Positions 37,145 through 47,337 are shown, counted from the stretch's first letter. The stretch is DNA of 64,000 nucleotides from Minisyncoccota bacterium (GCA_021734905.1 JAIPIB010000002.1:38167-102166); one strand, 5' to 3'. Numbers and translations: made by a program. The notes: generated by a model not told the origin, from the letters alone.

Positions 37145-38275
37145 ATGAATGACAAAGGACCAAACATTCGCATACTTTTTGTTGGAGGTGGCACTGGTGG
37201 CCATTTTTACCCACTCATAGCAATTGCCGAGTCTCTAAGGACTCATGCTTATCAAACGACATTATATTACGCTGGCCCTGATGAATATGACAAAGATGCA
37301 CTCATCACGAACGGAATAAAATTTGTTCAAATTCCGTCGGGAAAGCGCCGTCGATATTTTTCAATATTAAATTTTTTTGATACTTTTAAAACTGTTTTTG
37401 GTATCTGCATAGCATTAATTAAACTTTTGATTATTTATCCTGACGTTGTCATGAGTAAAGGTGGTTTTACAAGTGTCCCTGTTGTTGTTGCTGCTTGGCT
37501 TCTTAGAATACCCATTGTTATCCATGAATCTGATTCAGTACCAGGAAAAGCAAATGTTCTTGCCTCACGTTTTGCACAGACTATTGTTGTAGCATATCCT
37601 GAAATAGTAAATCTTTTTTCACATCCAAAAATTCTCCTTTTGGGAATACCTATTCGCCAATCACTGCTTTCGAAACCGCGCGAAGATGCTTACGCTAGCC
37701 TTGGAATTGATTCTGAAAGACCTGTTATTTTAATTCTGGGAGGCTCGCAAGGAGCTGAAAAAATTAATAGACTTATACTGGATTCGCTTGACGAGCTGTT
37801 GGTTTCGTTTACAGTCATTCATCAAACTGGAAAGTCGAATTACGAGCTTTGTAAGCTCTCTGCTGAGAGTTTGGTTCCTAATCAGAGCCTTATAACACAC
37901 TACCATCCAACACCTTTTTTGGACGGGCCGTTACTTAATGATGCGTACCACTCTGCCAATGTAGTGATTTCCCGTGCAGGAAGTACTTCAATTTATGAAA
38001 TTGCAATACATGGAAAACCTGCTATTTTAATACCGATTCCAGAAAGTATCAGCCACGATCAGCGAACAAATGCATATGCATACAGCAGAACAGGTGCAGC
38101 CATAGTACTAGAGGAATCCAATTTCTCAGATACCTTGCTTAGTGCAGAAATTGGCCGTATTATGAGCGACAAGCAGCTATATGCAGAGATGTCATCGTCA
38201 GCTCTACTCTTCGGGAAGAGAGATGCTGCCGAACAGATTAAAACAATCCTTCTCGAGATTGCAGAACAACACTAA
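37145..38275 (+). CDS. murG: undecaprenyldiphospho-muramoylpentapeptide beta-N-acetylglucosaminyltransferase
   Basis: GGGTGGHFYPLIAIAESL and GGSQGA motifs. mraY-ftsW-murG order. Confidence 0.85.
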   Translation: MNDKGPNIRILFVGGGTGGHFYPLIAIAESLRTHAYQTTLYYAGPDEYDKDALITNGIKFVQIPSGKRRRYFSILNFFDTFKTVFGICIALIKLLIIYPDVVMSKGGFTSVPVVVAAWLLRIPIVIHESDSVPGKANVLASRFAQTIVVAYPEIVNLFSHPKILLLGIPIRQSLLSKPREDAYASLGIDSERPVILILGGSQGAEKINRLILDSLDELLVSFTVIHQTGKSNYELCKLSAESLVPNQSLITHYHPTPFLDGPLLNDAYHSANVVISRAGSTSIYEIAIHGKPAILIPIPESISHDQRTNAYAYSRTGAAIVLEESNFSDTLLSAEIGRIMSDKQLYAEMSSSALLFGKRDAAEQIKTILLEIAEQH

Positions 38276-38283
38276 GTATAGAT

Positions 38284-39654
38284 ATGTCAATTTTCCAGGA
38301 AAAAAAAGTTATAACTCGTATGGCTCCGAGTCCCACCGGACACCTTCACATAGGAACGGCAAGAACGGCCATATTCAACTATTTATTTGCACGTAAGCAT
38401 AACGGGACATTTATTTTACGGACAGAGGATACGGACAAGGAGCGTAGTAAAAAAGAGTTCGAAGATGAGATCACTGATGGACTAGCTTGGTTAGGTATCA
38501 AATGGGATTCATTTTATCGCCAATCTGAAAGGACGCTCATCTATACAGGGTACCTTAATACCACTATAGAAAAGGGGAGTGCATATGTTAGTAAAGAAGA
38601 AAGTAAGATGCGACCTGGTGAAATGGTTGAGGTTGTTCGCCTTAAGAATCCTAACAAAGTAATTTCATTTACTGATGAAATTCGGGGTGAAATTTCTTTC
38701 GACACGACTGAACTTGGTGATTTTGTTATAGCTCGATCTATCACTGACCCTCTCTACCATTTTACAGTTGTTGTCGACGATCACGAGATGGAAGTAACGC
38801 ACGTTATTCGTGGCGAAGATCACATCTCAAATACACCACGTCAGATTCTAATCCAAGAAGCAATCGGTGCTCTGCGTCCACAGTATGCCCACCTACCACT
38901 CATTCTTGCCCCCGACAGATCTAAACTTTCAAAGAGACATGGTGCTGTAATGCTTAGTGATTATAAACATCAGGGCTTTATTCAACCAGCACTTATAAAT
39001 TATCTAACACTACTTGGGTGGAATCCTGGTACTGATCAAGAATTTTTTACACTTGATGAACTTATCAATGCATTCGATCTCTCAGGAGTACAAAAGGGTG
39101 GGGCGATCTTTGATGTAGAAAAACTGAAGTGGTTTAACAAAGAACACGTGAGTGGATTTTCAGATACTGACTACTACGATTATGTAACAAAATATATTAC
39201 TCCAGCACTTCTTGCACTACCACAATTTTCTACCGACAGGCTTTTAAGGTTATTGCCCACAATCAAGGAGAGGACTGCTGCTGGTGCGGAAATTACATTA
39301 GAATGTGAGAAAGGGGAGTATGATTTCGCTTTTCAAACTCCAAAAATCGAACCACAGATGGTTAAATGGAAAAATGACGCTTCCCCAAAAGTTACCTTAC
39401 AGAGACTTCAAAAACTTGCGGAAATAATTTCTCTCATGGATGAGTCTTTCTCAATTGACGAGATAAAAAATAGAATATGGGGATACGCTACTGATGCAGG
39501 AAAAGGAGAGGTGCTTTGGCCACTTCGCGTCTCACTAACGGGGAAGGAGCGTTCCCCAGACCCTTTTACAGTCATTCACATTATAGGGCCAAGTGAAGCC
39601 TATACAAGAATTAAGAGGGCCTGTGATACAATTTTAAGTGACAGTCTTGCTTAG
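38284..39654 (+). CDS. gltX: glutamyl-tRNA synthetase
   Basis: RMAPSPTGHLHIGTARTAIFNYLFARKHNGTFILRTEDTD and KLSKR motifs. Confidence 0.9.
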   Translation: MSIFQEKKVITRMAPSPTGHLHIGTARTAIFNYLFARKHNGTFILRTEDTDKERSKKEFEDEITDGLAWLGIKWDSFYRQSERTLIYTGYLNTTIEKGSAYVSKEESKMRPGEMVEVVRLKNPNKVISFTDEIRGEISFDTTELGDFVIARSITDPLYHFTVVVDDHEMEVTHVIRGEDHISNTPRQILIQEAIGALRPQYAHLPLILAPDRSKLSKRHGAVMLSDYKHQGFIQPALINYLTLLGWNPGTDQEFFTLDELINAFDLSGVQKGGAIFDVEKLKWFNKEHVSGFSDTDYYDYVTKYITPALLALPQFSTDRLLRLLPTIKERTAAGAEITLECEKGEYDFAFQTPKIEPQMVKWKNDASPKVTLQRLQKLAEIISLMDESFSIDEIKNRIWGYATDAGKGEVLWPLRVSLTGKERSPDPFTVIHIIGPSEAYTRIKRACDTILSDSLA

Positions 39655-39676
39655 GACTAAAACGTCAAATCCTTGA

Positions 39677-40999
39677 ATGACAAAATTTGCAATAAACATT
39701 TCATTCCAGTATTTTTTGCTAATTTTAACTGTAGTTGGCTGCTTTGTTTTTTTTGGTCATGACAATATAGTAAATGCGCAATCTGAAATCAATACTCTCA
39801 AAAATGAAATCGGTGAACGAAACAATCGTCTAAAAGAGATTGAGGCGGAAATCGCTAGTTACCAAATTGAACTTAAGAAAGTCGGCGGACAAAAATCATC
39901 TCTGCAGAAGGCAGTTACTCAACTCGAGCTTGAACGTAAGAAAGTGGAAGCTGACATAAGCTATACGCAAAACAAAATCGGAATGACCGATCTTGAAATT
40001 GAAAAACTTGCTCTTGAAATTAGTGAAACGGAAAAAAGCATAACCCTCAACAAGGAGGCCATCAGTGAAACTATCCAGTCTCTTTCGGAGATTGATAATA
40101 ATTCTCTTGTTGAAGTTCTTCTTCAGTATGACAACCTATCTGAGTTCTGGAATAAAATTGATGAATTATCCCAAATACGTAGAGTAATTTCTGATGAGGT
40201 TAAGCTCCTTACTTCACGCGAAATACTACTTGAAGAAAAATATTCATCAACAAACAAAAAACGGGGGACTCTCGTTAACTTGAAGGATCAATACTCTGAC
40301 CAGAATTCAGTCCTTATTGAAAATCGAACAGAGAAGAGTAAATTATTGAGTGCCACAAAAAATGAGGAGGCTTCATACCAAAAACTTCTTAAAGATAAAG
40401 AGGCTGCTCGGGAAAAAATACTCAAGGAACTTAGAGATTTTGAGGCTAAACTGCAATTTATTCTTGACCCAAATACAATACCTACACGAGGGACAGTAGT
40501 ATTCAATTGGCCAGTAGAGAATTATGTCATTACGCAACTCTTCGGAGGTACCGAATTTGCAAAACAAAATGCTTCAGTCTATGGTGGGAGGGCATATCAT
40601 CCTGGTGTTGACTTTGGAGTTCCTAGGGGAACAAAAATCTTTGCACCCTTATCAGGTACTGTGCGTGCGACGGGAGACACAGACCTCGTCCAGGGATGCT
40701 ACTCGTGGGGGAAATGGACACTTATTGATCATGCAAACGGCCTTTCAACTCTTTACGCGCACCAAAGCCTTCAGAGTGTCGTCCCAGGACAGCAGGTTAA
40801 AACTGGTGAAGTAATTGGATATTCTGGTAATACAGGCTATTCAACTGGACCGCATTTACATTTTACTGTATATGCAAAAGCAGGTGTCACCGTCAGAAAG
40901 TTTAACGAAATTAAAGCAGTAACAAGTTGTGGCGCAGCAACAACCCCTGTGGCAGCCTCAGATGCATATATTGACCCAATGGTATATTTACCCCAGTAG
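39677..40999 (+). CDS. M23 family peptidoglycan endopeptidase with N-terminal coiled coil (EnvC-like)
   Basis: TM anchor, about 250 aa coiled coil, and LytM motifs HPGVDFG...HLHFTV. Confidence 0.85.
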   Translation: MTKFAINISFQYFLLILTVVGCFVFFGHDNIVNAQSEINTLKNEIGERNNRLKEIEAEIASYQIELKKVGGQKSSLQKAVTQLELERKKVEADISYTQNKIGMTDLEIEKLALEISETEKSITLNKEAISETIQSLSEIDNNSLVEVLLQYDNLSEFWNKIDELSQIRRVISDEVKLLTSREILLEEKYSSTNKKRGTLVNLKDQYSDQNSVLIENRTEKSKLLSATKNEEASYQKLLKDKEAAREKILKELRDFEAKLQFILDPNTIPTRGTVVFNWPVENYVITQLFGGTEFAKQNASVYGGRAYHPGVDFGVPRGTKIFAPLSGTVRATGDTDLVQGCYSWGKWTLIDHANGLSTLYAHQSLQSVVPGQQVKTGEVIGYSGNTGYSTGPHLHFTVYAKAGVTVRKFNEIKAVTSCGAATTPVAASDAYIDPMVYLPQ

Positions 41000-41057
41000 G
41001 GCAGAGAACTGATTGACGAAATATTGTGCGACACAACAATAATTCAATTTAATACGT

Positions 41058-41537
41058 ATGAAGCGACTGCTTTTAACAACAATACTTATCGGAGTGATCT
41101 ACATACTCGGAACACTTGTGTTTACAGAAATTCGAACATTTGTTGATGATGCCTCACTCACAATGAGTGGCGTCAACTTAACATCCGCTCGGACAGCAAT
41201 ACTTAAAAATTATAATGAAAGTATCCTTCCTGAAAACGAACTCTTAAGTGATGATGCGGCATTTAAAATTAATCCAGTCTACATAAATACAGACAAAAGA
41301 ATTGATCTCGTTGCTTCAGTTAATTCTGAAGCAACATGCGGGACTGGAGGATGTATAGTGACACTGTACATCCAAAATGACGAGAGAGAGTACATTCCGC
41401 TCAATTTTGCTTACACGGTGAAGGAATTATCTGTAAAAAACAGCATTACAAACGAAATGCATGATTTGGAGATCAATAATGACGATTCAATGATACTTAA
41501 ATGGAACGGTGAGGAATACTCTCTGAATGTTCAGTAA
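41058..41537 (+). CDS. hypothetical exported protein
   Basis: N-terminal TM/signal (LLLTTILIGVIYILGTLVF). CTGGC motif. No family recognised. Confidence 0.45.
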   Translation: MKRLLLTTILIGVIYILGTLVFTEIRTFVDDASLTMSGVNLTSARTAILKNYNESILPENELLSDDAAFKINPVYINTDKRIDLVASVNSEATCGTGGCIVTLYIQNDEREYIPLNFAYTVKELSVKNSITNEMHDLEINNDDSMILKWNGEEYSLNVQ

Positions 41538-41709
41538 AAGAATTTAATGAAGAAAGTTAATAGGAACTATATGCCAATATGATTACGCACACACATACGC
41601 ACTTTTGCTCCATCAACTACTTTTTCAATTTTTGTATATGGGGAAGGGGTTAAATTTATATAGGTCGCAAAAGATATATTGTGCGACACTCATATAATTA
41701 GCAAATGGC

Positions 41710-42480
41710 TTATTCCCTATCTACAAATCCAAACTCTTTTTTAATTTGCGCATACTGTTCATCTTCTCTACTCAGCACAACTGAGACAGTTCCCTCACAA
41801 CTAAGTTGTTCTTTAATCTCTGTGTGCTTTTCAATATATTTTTGTAGTTTTGCTGGAATTATTTCATCCTGCGAAAGCACTCTGATTTTGTAGATTTCAC
41901 GAAGTGTCTCTTTAAGAACAGTGTAATGTGTACACCCCAGTACAAGAGTATCTATCTTCCCTACCAATGCTTGAATATCCTCATGCAGTGCTGCGCATGC
42001 TTCCATAAATTTTCCCTGTTCAATGAGTGGAACGAGTAGTGGTGTAGGGTAACTTGTTAGACTTACTCCTGACGAAATCTTATCGAGCTCTTTACTATAT
42101 TTATTTGAGTGTATAGTTCTTACTGTACCGATCAGAAGTGCTCGTTTTGCGCCACAGCCAACAAGCTCTTCAACAGTCGGGATAATCACTCCGAGCACCT
42201 TTCTGTCTGCATACACACCAGTAAGGATGTTATCCTGAAGTCTCCGAACAGATTCAGCTGAAGCGGTGTTACATGCAACAATAACTAACAAAGCGTCTGA
42301 ATCAAAAAGTTTTTTAACAGCGTTCTCCGTCAATAGATAAATCTCCTCTTCAGTTTTGTCACCGTATGGTAAATTCGCTGTGTCTCCGTAATAGATATAG
42401 TCATACTCTGGCAAAAGCTGTCGAGTTGCTTTTAATATAGTAAGTCCGCCAAGTCCTGAGTCAAAGAAACCAATTTTCAT
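41710..42480 (-). CDS. murI: glutamate racemase
   Basis: IGFFDSGLGGLT, VIVACNTAS and LVLGCTHY motifs. Confidence 0.9.
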   Translation of the reverse strand: MKIGFFDSGLGGLTILKATRQLLPEYDYIYYGDTANLPYGDKTEEEIYLLTENAVKKLFDSDALLVIVACNTASAESVRRLQDNILTGVYADRKVLGVIIPTVEELVGCGAKRALLIGTVRTIHSNKYSKELDKISSGVSLTSYPTPLLVPLIEQGKFMEACAALHEDIQALVGKIDTLVLGCTHYTVLKETLREIYKIRVLSQDEIIPAKLQKYIEKHTEIKEQLSCEGTVSVVLSREDEQYAQIKKEFGFVDRE

Positions 42481-42492
42481 AGGTAAAATAAT

Positions 42493-42729
42493 TTACACCT
42501 CAACCCGTGTAAATCGTTGCATAGTTTTTCCATTATGCTCAACACTTTCCTCAAACACACCTCTTAAGCGAATCCATGTAGCATTATTTCCATAATCTAA
42601 GGAGTCGTATTCTGCTCGATAAACGACATATTCTTCCTTTGGATTTGCCTCAAACCTACCAATCGCAACAACTGTGTACAAATTTCCATTCTTATAATGT
42701 ACATAGCACTTCCCTATTTCAGCTTTCAT
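42493..42729 (-). CDS. DUF1653-family small protein
   Basis: 78 aa. YVHYKNGNLY...VVYRAEYD...W.RLRGVF pattern of DUF1653. Confidence 0.55.
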   Translation of the reverse strand: MKAEIGKCYVHYKNGNLYTVVAIGRFEANPKEEYVVYRAEYDSLDYGNNATWIRLRGVFEESVEHNGKTMQRFTRVEV

Positions 42730-42740
42730 AGTAATTGATT

Positions 42741-43202
42741 TTATCTATTATTCGACAAGTTCACAATTCTTATAAAATGTTTTTTCGCTACAGGTTGGAC
42801 GGATAATCGCATGCCCTTTTGAGTAACCAGCATATCATCAAAAAATGGGTCTCTCTTTAATTCAGTTAGTGTAACGGGTTCTGAAAATCTAGCAATAAAT
42901 TTTACATCAATTGCGAACCACCGTGGAGAGCTTTTTGTAGATTTATCATCGAATTTGTATGATGAAGAATCAAATTGTGTTGGATCTGAATATGCACTGC
43001 CCGATATTTCAGCCACACCAGCAATACCAATGGGTTTCGTGTTTGAATGATAAAAAAGAACTCTATCGCCATTTTCCATTTCGTCACGGATAAAATTACG
43101 TGCCTGATAATTACGCACATCATCCCACATACTCACTCCATCTCGCATAAGATCGTCGACTGAGTAGCATGACGGCTCAGTTTTCATTAACCAGTACTTC
43201 AT
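42741..43202 (-). CDS. EVE (PUA-like) domain protein
   Basis: MKYWLMKTEPSCYSVDDL...MWDDVRNYQARNFIRDEM..GDRVLFYHSNTKPIGIAGVAEI is typical of the EVE domain. Confidence 0.7.
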   Translation of the reverse strand: MKYWLMKTEPSCYSVDDLMRDGVSMWDDVRNYQARNFIRDEMENGDRVLFYHSNTKPIGIAGVAEISGSAYSDPTQFDSSSYKFDDKSTKSSPRWFAIDVKFIARFSEPVTLTELKRDPFFDDMLVTQKGMRLSVQPVAKKHFIRIVNLSNNR

Positions 43203-43284
43203 AGTATCTATTGTAGACTTTTTGCTATACTTAGTATAGAAGCAATTTGTACAATATTACTATCATTAAACTCAATTAAATCTC

Positions 43285-43689
43285 ATGATGTCAGAATCAC
43301 ATCGCACGTTCTTGCGAACAAAAGGCACCCTACTCGGGAGATCATTAATAGGATTACTTTTCTTGGTCTCAGGAGTAAGTATGCTTCTTTCAATGGGAGT
43401 GTCAGGACTTTCGGGAGTGCTCTCGGGAATGGGAATTCCACTTTCAGGACTCGCTGCAGTACTTGTCCTTGCAACAAAGATTCTTGGTGGTGCCTCACTC
43501 ATACTTGGTTACAAAGTTGATTGTGCGGCTCAAGCACTTTTTATCTTTACACTACTTACCGTTGTCTTTGTTCACAACAATATGGAGGAACTTACCGCAG
43601 CTCTAAAGAACCTTTCAATTATGGGTGGACTTCTCTACATTCTTGCATATGGTCCTGGAGACGGTTGGAGAATAGCACGATCTGCCTAG
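43285..43689 (+). CDS. DoxX-family membrane protein
   Basis: 134 aa, 4 TM, glycine-rich helices typical of DoxX. Confidence 0.55.
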   Translation: MMSESHRTFLRTKGTLLGRSLIGLLFLVSGVSMLLSMGVSGLSGVLSGMGIPLSGLAAVLVLATKILGGASLILGYKVDCAAQALFIFTLLTVVFVHNNMEELTAALKNLSIMGGLLYILAYGPGDGWRIARSA

Positions 43690-43713
43690 CACCAATCTTC
43701 CCCGCTAAGCAAC

Positions 43714-43746
43714 AAAAAACCTCCCAAAATTGGGAGGTTTTTTGTT
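43714..43746. terminator. bidirectional rho-independent terminator
   Basis: aaaaaacctccca aaat tgggaggtttttt, with the A-run and T-run serving convergent genes. Confidence 0.65.
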
Positions 43747-43749
43747 ATA

Positions 43750-44130
43750 TTAACGCATTGCAATCGTACGTGACCAACAGGGTGCCGAGGCATTCCATGG
43801 TTTTGTACCTTGCCGTAAGTAGAGATCACGAGCAAATTCCATGTTGTCGTACATATTCGTTAGATCGAGGCCAAGTTCCATAGCCTTTGTACCGTGGTAA
43901 CGCGTATTAATTTGCATTACACCAGTATCAGCAGGGTCAACTCTTCCTCTCAGAATTGTACCGTCATCAATGGTATGTCGAAATGTCGATTCACAACGCG
44001 CGATTTGAATCATGACGGGTATGTCGCTAAAGTAGGAACGTACCGCTTCCTCAGTATTCATTCCAACCAGCCGTTCTTTAGCAACCTGATCTTCAATTGT
44101 TGCAATGTGCCCATATGCAGTATCCGTCAC
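43750..44130 (-). CDS. small SLT-domain (lytic transglycosylase-like) protein
   Basis: ES motif (IARCESTF) and GVMQIN resemble the SLT catalytic signature. The track ORF starts with GTG. The in-frame upstream extension encodes a signal-anchor (see findings). Confidence 0.5.
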   Translation of the reverse strand: MTDTAYGHIATIEDQVAKERLVGMNTEEAVRSYFSDIPVMIQIARCESTFRHTIDDGTILRGRVDPADTGVMQINTRYHGTKAMELGLDLTNMYDNMEFARDLYLRQGTKPWNASAPCWSRTIAMR

Positions 44131-44443
44131 CGGAACTGCTACTACGTTCGTTACAGCAATGACTGCCGTAATTAAACTAGATAAAATAAGCCTAGGGTCT
44201 TATCCAACAAAATAGCGATCAAGAGTTGTGCTTTTGTGCATAGTTGATATCCACGTCTGCATAACCGATGAGCGCTACTGCATGACCACGTGTCATACAA
44301 AAAACGACCTGAAGTCGCTCTATTAATAGTATACCACGTGCTACAGTATTGTCAAATTATGCAACGTATCTAATTGGTAGTCAATGGTCAATTGTTTCTA
44401 TATTTTAAGCCATTTTCAAAGCAAAAATACTTGAATATTGTGT

Positions 44444-45292
44444 CTATATAATGTCTAATTTATCCTTCAGGAGAGCCATTGCTCCGTAGAGACCGCCCTC
44501 ATCTTTTAAGGTCGCATCAAGGATTATTGGACACGGAAGAAGACCGTCAAGGACTTCTTCCGTGTGATTCTTGATCATTTCCAGTGGAATGCGCGGATCT
44601 CCAATTACCATAGACCCGCCAAGAACAATGGCGTCCGGTGACCAGTACACAATAGTGTTTTTAAGGCCGTAAGCGAGCTGTAGTGCCAGTTCATCCCAAA
44701 CTGAGTCATCCTGTGCAATTTCGTATGGCTTCACTCCCCTTCGCTTCTCAAGTGCCGTTCCTGAAACAAGGTTTTCAAGTGTTGGAGGAATTGTAGGTCC
44801 AAGAAGTGTACGATCAATATCAAGAATCTGATGTCCTGGTTCGAACCCAACACTTGAAACATCAATGTGTCCCCCAACAAAACGTGCCCCACCCACACCA
44901 GTACTTACAGTATGATACGCAACAATGTTGTGGTCTTTTCCAGCTCCAAAGACAACCTCTCCAAGTCCAACCATTGCGGTGTCATTCTCCAAAAAAATAT
45001 CTGTATCAAATTCCATCCTCAGGTCTTCTACAATATTCCTCCCTACCCAGTCACATAGCTTTGTCTCACTAACGATACCCGTCTTTTCATGATTTAATGG
45101 TCCACGAATACCTCCAGCTATTGAGCTAACTTTGTTGCCATCGAGAACTTCTTTAACTCCAGCTATAACAGCTTTGATTCCGTCTATATAAAGTGGTGGT
45201 GTGTCGAACTTTACAACCTTAACAAACGTCCTCAAATCTTCACTTGATGCTATCCTTGTTTTTGTACCTCCTATATCAAAAAGTATATACAT
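44444..45292 (-). CDS. ROK-family sugar kinase (glucokinase-like)
   Basis: ILFDIGGTKTRIA N-terminal ATPase motif, with G-rich ROK motifs. The start is set at ATG 45292 (MYILFDIGGTK), just after the pgi stop. Confidence 0.72.
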   Translation of the reverse strand: MYILFDIGGTKTRIASSEDLRTFVKVVKFDTPPLYIDGIKAVIAGVKEVLDGNKVSSIAGGIRGPLNHEKTGIVSETKLCDWVGRNIVEDLRMEFDTDIFLENDTAMVGLGEVVFGAGKDHNIVAYHTVSTGVGGARFVGGHIDVSSVGFEPGHQILDIDRTLLGPTIPPTLENLVSGTALEKRRGVKPYEIAQDDSVWDELALQLAYGLKNTIVYWSPDAIVLGGSMVIGDPRIPLEMIKNHTEEVLDGLLPCPIILDATLKDEGGLYGAMALLKDKLDII

Positions 45293-45296
45293 AATA

Positions 45297-46559
45297 TCAA
45301 GAGCCAAGCACCTTACGAGTATGCTTTTTATACAACTCGACGCTCGGCTGATTAAATGGATCAACGTCTAAAACCTTTCCGAGACACATAACTTCATACA
45401 TCAGAGAACTGAACATAAAGCCAATTTCATATTCGTTGCATTTCTTTATTTCAGAATAACGATATGAAAGTTTCTGATCAGCATATGCCTTAATGACTCC
45501 CTCTTTGATAGCATATAGAGCATCGTGGAATTTTTTTCCCCTAAGAAACGGGACGTGTTGAAAAAGCCAGCTTGATTTTAGTAGTCTTAAGGAATTGTTT
45601 TCATCACACCACACAAAGTGTGTGTAGATATTCTTATACCCTCCTAAATATAACTGGGCCATTGAATGCAAATCAACTGCAGATGAGACAATAGGGAGAA
45701 GTTGGTGTGTAAACACCTTCCCTGATAGAGTCACATTTTTACCAATACTCTCTGCGAGCAACTGTCTGTACCAATTACCACAAAGAATGAGTTTTTTGTT
45801 GAAGGTGAAAAAATTTACGGTATGTACCCCCTCTTCTGCATGTGCCGCAAGGGTCGTTGCATAGGAGTTCGTCTGCTTCATTGTCTGGGAGTTCATGAAT
45901 GAATTTGCGCCACGACAGAGTTGCGTAACGTCAATTCCAAGTAGTGTAAGTGGGACGATTCCTACAGCTGAAAAAACCGAGTACCTACCCTTTACCATTT
46001 CAGGAAATGAAAAAGTAAGGATCCCACGTTCTTTACCAACATTGTAAAACGTTGAATCTTTACTACCGACGAAGATTACTCTTTTCTCGAATTTATCACC
46101 GAAATATTTCACACCCACCTCAATTGCTTTAATTGCATTCATCATTGTCTCGGTGGTTGTTCCTGATTTTGTAATTACAACGACAGCAATATCTTGTACA
46201 TTCTTAGTGCTCTTTAATATCGTCTCAAATCGCTGAAGTGCATCAGTATCGAGACAGTCTAAAGTTAATAAGGATGGACTTCCCTTTTTTGAAAGGGCAC
46301 TGTATACAGCCTCAGTTCCAAGACTCGACCCACCAATACCAATAAGTACTACGTGTTGGGGTTTTTTAAAGTTACGAAGAGCTTTCTTTATGTTGCTTTG
46401 ATACGCAATGTCGCCAGCAATAAAGAGTGCTGACTCTGGTCTACTATAATGGGCACTTTCCTTAAATACTAAAATTTCTTTAGCATACGCATCTAAAAGT
46501 TTCTTTGAAGAAGTCAGCTTATCTTTTGGAAATTTACTAAAATGAAGTGATGATTCCAT
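45297..46559 (-). CDS. pgi: glucose-6-phosphate isomerase
   Basis: VVLIGIGGSSLG and other PGI signatures. 420 aa. Confidence 0.85.
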   Translation of the reverse strand: MESSLHFSKFPKDKLTSSKKLLDAYAKEILVFKESAHYSRPESALFIAGDIAYQSNIKKALRNFKKPQHVVLIGIGGSSLGTEAVYSALSKKGSPSLLTLDCLDTDALQRFETILKSTKNVQDIAVVVITKSGTTTETMMNAIKAIEVGVKYFGDKFEKRVIFVGSKDSTFYNVGKERGILTFSFPEMVKGRYSVFSAVGIVPLTLLGIDVTQLCRGANSFMNSQTMKQTNSYATTLAAHAEEGVHTVNFFTFNKKLILCGNWYRQLLAESIGKNVTLSGKVFTHQLLPIVSSAVDLHSMAQLYLGGYKNIYTHFVWCDENNSLRLLKSSWLFQHVPFLRGKKFHDALYAIKEGVIKAYADQKLSYRYSEIKKCNEYEIGFMFSSLMYEVMCLGKVLDVDPFNQPSVELYKKHTRKVLGS

Positions 46560-46567
46560 ACGAGGAT

Positions 46568-47314
46568 TTACATTTGCCTTTGGCTCTTCATATCTACGTT
46601 CTTGAGAATATATTCGTATGCCTCATCGACAGAATCAACGAGATGGAAGAGATCTAGATCCTCTTTATCTATTGCGCTATATTTTTGCAAAAGAGACTTC
46701 TTAAAAAACTCTATAAGCGGTGACCAGTATTCCTTACCGTATAAAACTATAGGGATACGTGATATCTTTCTAGTCTGAATAAGCGTAATTATCTCAAGAA
46801 ATTCATCAAGCGTTCCGAATCCTCCTGGAAAATAGATGTAAACCTCAGAAGCAAAAGAAAGCATTACTTTTCGTGAAAAAAAGTAGTGAAAACTCTCAGA
46901 TTCAGTCACGTATGGATTTAGTTTTTGCTCCATCGGGAGTTGAATATTTAGTCCAACTGATTTTCCTCCAACTTTAAAAGATCCGACATTAGCCGCCTCC
47001 ATGATACCCGGTCCACCGCCTGTAATAATCGCAAAACCCTTTTTTGCTAATTTTGATGCAAGTAATTCAGCGGTTTTATAATATGGATCACGCGGTGAAA
47101 ACCGAGCACTCCCAAAGAATGTCGCAGCGGTTCCATATTTTCTTAAAATCTCAAAACCATCGACGAACTCAGACATAATTCTAAAAATACGCCATGATTG
47201 AATTGCGTCATCAGTTTCAAAAAGATCACTCAAAACCCTGCAGTGATCATTCTCACGATCCTTAACAAAACTATCTTTTTTCTTTGACTCACTTTTTTTT
47301 CTAAACGTTGTCAT
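46568..47314 (-). CDS. LOG family protein (TIGR00730; cytokinin riboside 5'-monophosphate phosphoribohydrolase-like)
   Basis: ITGGGPGIMEA...PGGFGTLDEF signature. Confidence 0.75.
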   Translation of the reverse strand: MTTFRKKSESKKKDSFVKDRENDHCRVLSDLFETDDAIQSWRIFRIMSEFVDGFEILRKYGTAATFFGSARFSPRDPYYKTAELLASKLAKKGFAIITGGGPGIMEAANVGSFKVGGKSVGLNIQLPMEQKLNPYVTESESFHYFFSRKVMLSFASEVYIYFPGGFGTLDEFLEIITLIQTRKISRIPIVLYGKEYWSPLIEFFKKSLLQKYSAIDKEDLDLFHLVDSVDEAYEYILKNVDMKSQRQM

Positions 47315-47337
47315 TTAGAAATTCTAACACGTGACAC

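Noticed and set aside
41705-41893. 62-aa plus-strand ORF downstream of the second ATTGTGCGACAC motif
   Set aside because: It lies entirely antisense to the 3' end of murI and has a low-complexity Ser/Cys-rich translation.
44255-44275. 11-mer cgatgagcgct shared between the T-box stem III region (23930-23940) and the pgi/ROK upstream spacer
   Set aside because: A single short shared word is within chance expectation, and no other T-box elements surround the second copy.
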